A stretch of 64,000 nt of DNA from Candidatus Uhrbacteria bacterium (GTDB lineage Bacteria > Patescibacteriota > Patescibacteriia > UBA9934 > GWF2-40-263). The position numbers were made by a program, and so were the translations under genes. The notes under the pieces were generated by a model. The model ran no database searches, was not told the origin of the DNA, and worked only from the letters and a program-made list of their open reading frames with translations. Shown piece by piece: positions 62,050-64,000 of the stretch (the stretch's first letter is position 1; each line of letters starts with the position of its first letter). Location: the NCBI GenBank assembly GCA_016188425.1, contig JACPHX010000020.1, positions 1,821-65,820 on the forward strand. Direction: 5' to 3'.

Positions 62050-64000
62050 ATGTCGATTTTGAATGCCATTTTTGGCGATCCCAACAAGAAAGTTCTCAAA
62101 AAGATGGAGAAAGATGTCGCGCAGATCAATGCGTTGGAAGCGTCGGTCCAGGGGCTTTCGGATGAACAATTGAAGGGGAAGACGGTGGAATTCCGGGAGC
62201 GTCTCGCCAAAGGGGAGGCGTTGGATTCGTTGTTGCCCGAGGCATTCGCCACGGTCCGCGAGGCGGCGAAACGAACGCTCTCGCAACGGCATTTCGACGT
62301 GCAGCTCATGGGCGGGCTCGCGCTTTATCATGGCAGTATCGCCGAGATGCGCACGGGGGAAGGAAAGACATTGACCGCGACCACTGCTTTGTACGCGCGG
62401 GCGCTTGAAGGGAAAGGAGCACACCTCGTGACTGTCAACGATTACCTCGCGCGCCGCGATGCGGTGTGGATGGGACAGATCTTCCATGCGCTGGGGATGA
62501 CCATTGGGTGTATCCAGCATGCGGGCGGGTTTAGGTATGATCCGGAGTTTGTGTCGAAAGAGGAGGGGGGAGGGGGAAGGGGGGAGGGTGGAGAACAGGG
62601 GGGGCAAAACGCAGATGGCAGAACGGTCTCCGCCACCTCCCACCTCCCACCTCCTATCGCTTCCTTCAAGGTGGATCAGGAATATTTGCGGCCGGTGGCG
62701 CGGGTGGAGGCGTATAGCGCGGATATCACCTATGGCACGAACAATGAGTTCGGGTTCGACTACTTGCGTGACAACATGGCCGGCCGTCTCAAAGACCAAG
62801 TCATGCGCGGGTTGCATTACGCGATCGTCGACGAGGTCGACTCCATTTTGATCGACGAAGCGCGCACGCCGCTCATCATCTCGGCCCCATCGGCCGCGGT
62901 GAACGAGATGTATGTCCGTATCTCCCCGATCATCCGCGGCCTCATTGAAAAGGAGGACTTCCATGTCGATGAGAAACTGCATGCAGCGACGTTCACCGAG
63001 CAGGGCATCACGAAAGTGGAGCAAGCGCTTGGCCTTGCGAACCTTTATGACGCCGGGCACAACGTCCACTACTACGCGGATGTAACGTTGCGTGCGTACG
63101 CGTTGTATCGACGCGACGTGCAATACGTCGTTCGCGAAGGCGAGGTCGTTATTGTCGACGAGTTCACGGGACGCCTTATGCCAGGACGTCGGTTCTCGGA
63201 AGGCATTCATCAGGCCATCGAAGCCAAGGAAGGAGTGCCGATCCAGAAGGAAAGTCTCACCCTGGCGACGATTACGTTCCAGAATTATTTCCGTATCTAC
63301 AGACATCTTGGGGGGATGACGGGAACCGCCGCGACCGAAGCGGAGGAGTTTTCCAAGATTTATAATCTCGAGGTCACGCAGATCCCGACGCATCGAGCGA
63401 ATGCGCGCAAGGATCAGACGGATCGCGTCTACAAAAATGCAAAGGGAAAATTCGATGCGGTCGTCGCGGAAGTGAAACGCCTCCATGAGGCGGGCGAGCC
63501 GGTGCTGGTCGGTACCGTCTCCATCGAGAAGAACGAATTGCTCGGCGCGCTTCTCGCGCAGGCGGGGGTGCCGCATGAGATTTTGAATGCGAAGAATCAT
63601 GAACGCGAGGCAGAGATCATCGCGCAAGCAGGACGCCCAGGCGCGGTTACGATTGCGACGAACATGGCGGGGCGAGGTGTGGACATCATGCTTGGTGGCA
63701 ACCCACCTGATCCGACGAATTTTGAGAAGGTCAAAGAGCTGGGCGGGCTGTGCGTCATCGGCACGGAGCGCCACGAAAGCCGTCGCATCGACAACCAGTT
63801 GCGTGGACGCTCTGGTCGCCAAGGAGACCCAGGCGTCACCCAGTTTTATCTTTCCCTGGAAGACGACCTGATGCGCATCTTCGGCTCCGACCGCACGAAG
63901 TCCATGATGGACCGACTTGGGGTTCCGGATGACGTGCCGATCGAGAACCGCATGGTCACAGGCGCCATCGAGCGCGCGCAGAAGCGTGTGGAGGCACATC
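62050..64000 (+). CDS. secA: Preprotein translocase SecA (3'-partial)
   Basis: [60 protein letters not shown]. Confidence 0.97.
   Translation, partial: MSILNAIFGDPNKKVLKKMEKDVAQINALEASVQGLSDEQLKGKTVEFRERLAKGEALDSLLPEAFATVREAAKRTLSQRHFDVQLMGGLALYHGSIAEMRTGEGKTLTATTALYARALEGKGAHLVTVNDYLARRDAVWMGQIFHALGMTIGCIQHAGGFRYDPEFVSKEEGGGGRGEGGEQGGQNADGRTVSATSHLPPPIASFKVDQEYLRPVARVEAYSADITYGTNNEFGFDYLRDNMAGRLKDQVMRGLHYAIVDEVDSILIDEARTPLIISAPSAAVNEMYVRISPIIRGLIEKEDFHVDEKLHAATFTEQGITKVEQALGLANLYDAGHNVHYYADVTLRAYALYRRDVQYVVREGEVVIVDEFTGRLMPGRRFSEGIHQAIEAKEGVPIQKESLTLATITFQNYFRIYRHLGGMTGTAATEAEEFSKIYNLEVTQIPTHRANARKDQTDRVYKNAKGKFDAVVAEVKRLHEAGEPVLVGTVSIEKNELLGALLAQAGVPHEILNAKNHEREAEIIAQAGRPGAVTIATNMAGRGVDIMLGGNPPDPTNFEKVKELGGLCVIGTERHESRRIDNQLRGRSGRQGDPGVTQFYLSLEDDLMRIFGSDRTKSMMDRLGVPDDVPIENRMVTGAIERAQKRVEAH

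Noticed and set aside
61522-63999. 825-aa minus-strand ORF
   Set aside because: Antisense shadow of secA and hpf.

Overview
Chromosomal window of a Patescibacteria/CPR-like bacterium (inference from the gene mix: class II RNR, DUF4012, HTH-nucleotidyltransferase-like regulator, GEAWYV-repeat surface protein, few Shine-Dalgarno motifs). Housekeeping content: tsaB, three GT2 glycosyltransferases, mreB, HU, hflX, rpmB, nrdJ plus a PduO-type adenosyltransferase, ftsI-murF, hrcA-grpE-dnaK-dnaJ with a perfect CIRCE, tgt, a WecA/MraY-family gene, rplU, recR-ybaB-dnaB, folD-glyA, murC-murB-hpf-secA, tRNA-Pro(CGG) and tRNA-Glu(CTC). The most unusual signals are non-coding or sub-genic. (1) At 9.5-9.7 kb a D-loop-less tRNA-like sequence ending in CCA is followed by a near-consensus promoter whose predicted small RNA begins with 16 nt exactly complementary to its anticodon-like arm; it lies next to an IS630 fragment and a decayed DGR-type reverse transcriptase. 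(2) At 19.0-19.6 kb there is a ~580-nt promoter-to-terminator region with many predicted helices and no convincing ORF. (3) A 30-bp palindrome is inserted in frame into recR, dnaK and the WecA-like gene, and into a duplicated tRNA-Glu 5' half flanking a GIY-YIG nuclease gene. (4) Many 7- or 9-nt-period G-rich/C-rich inverted tandem-repeat elements occur between genes and in frame inside tgt, murB, murC and secA. All calls were made by eye; no database or folding searches were run.
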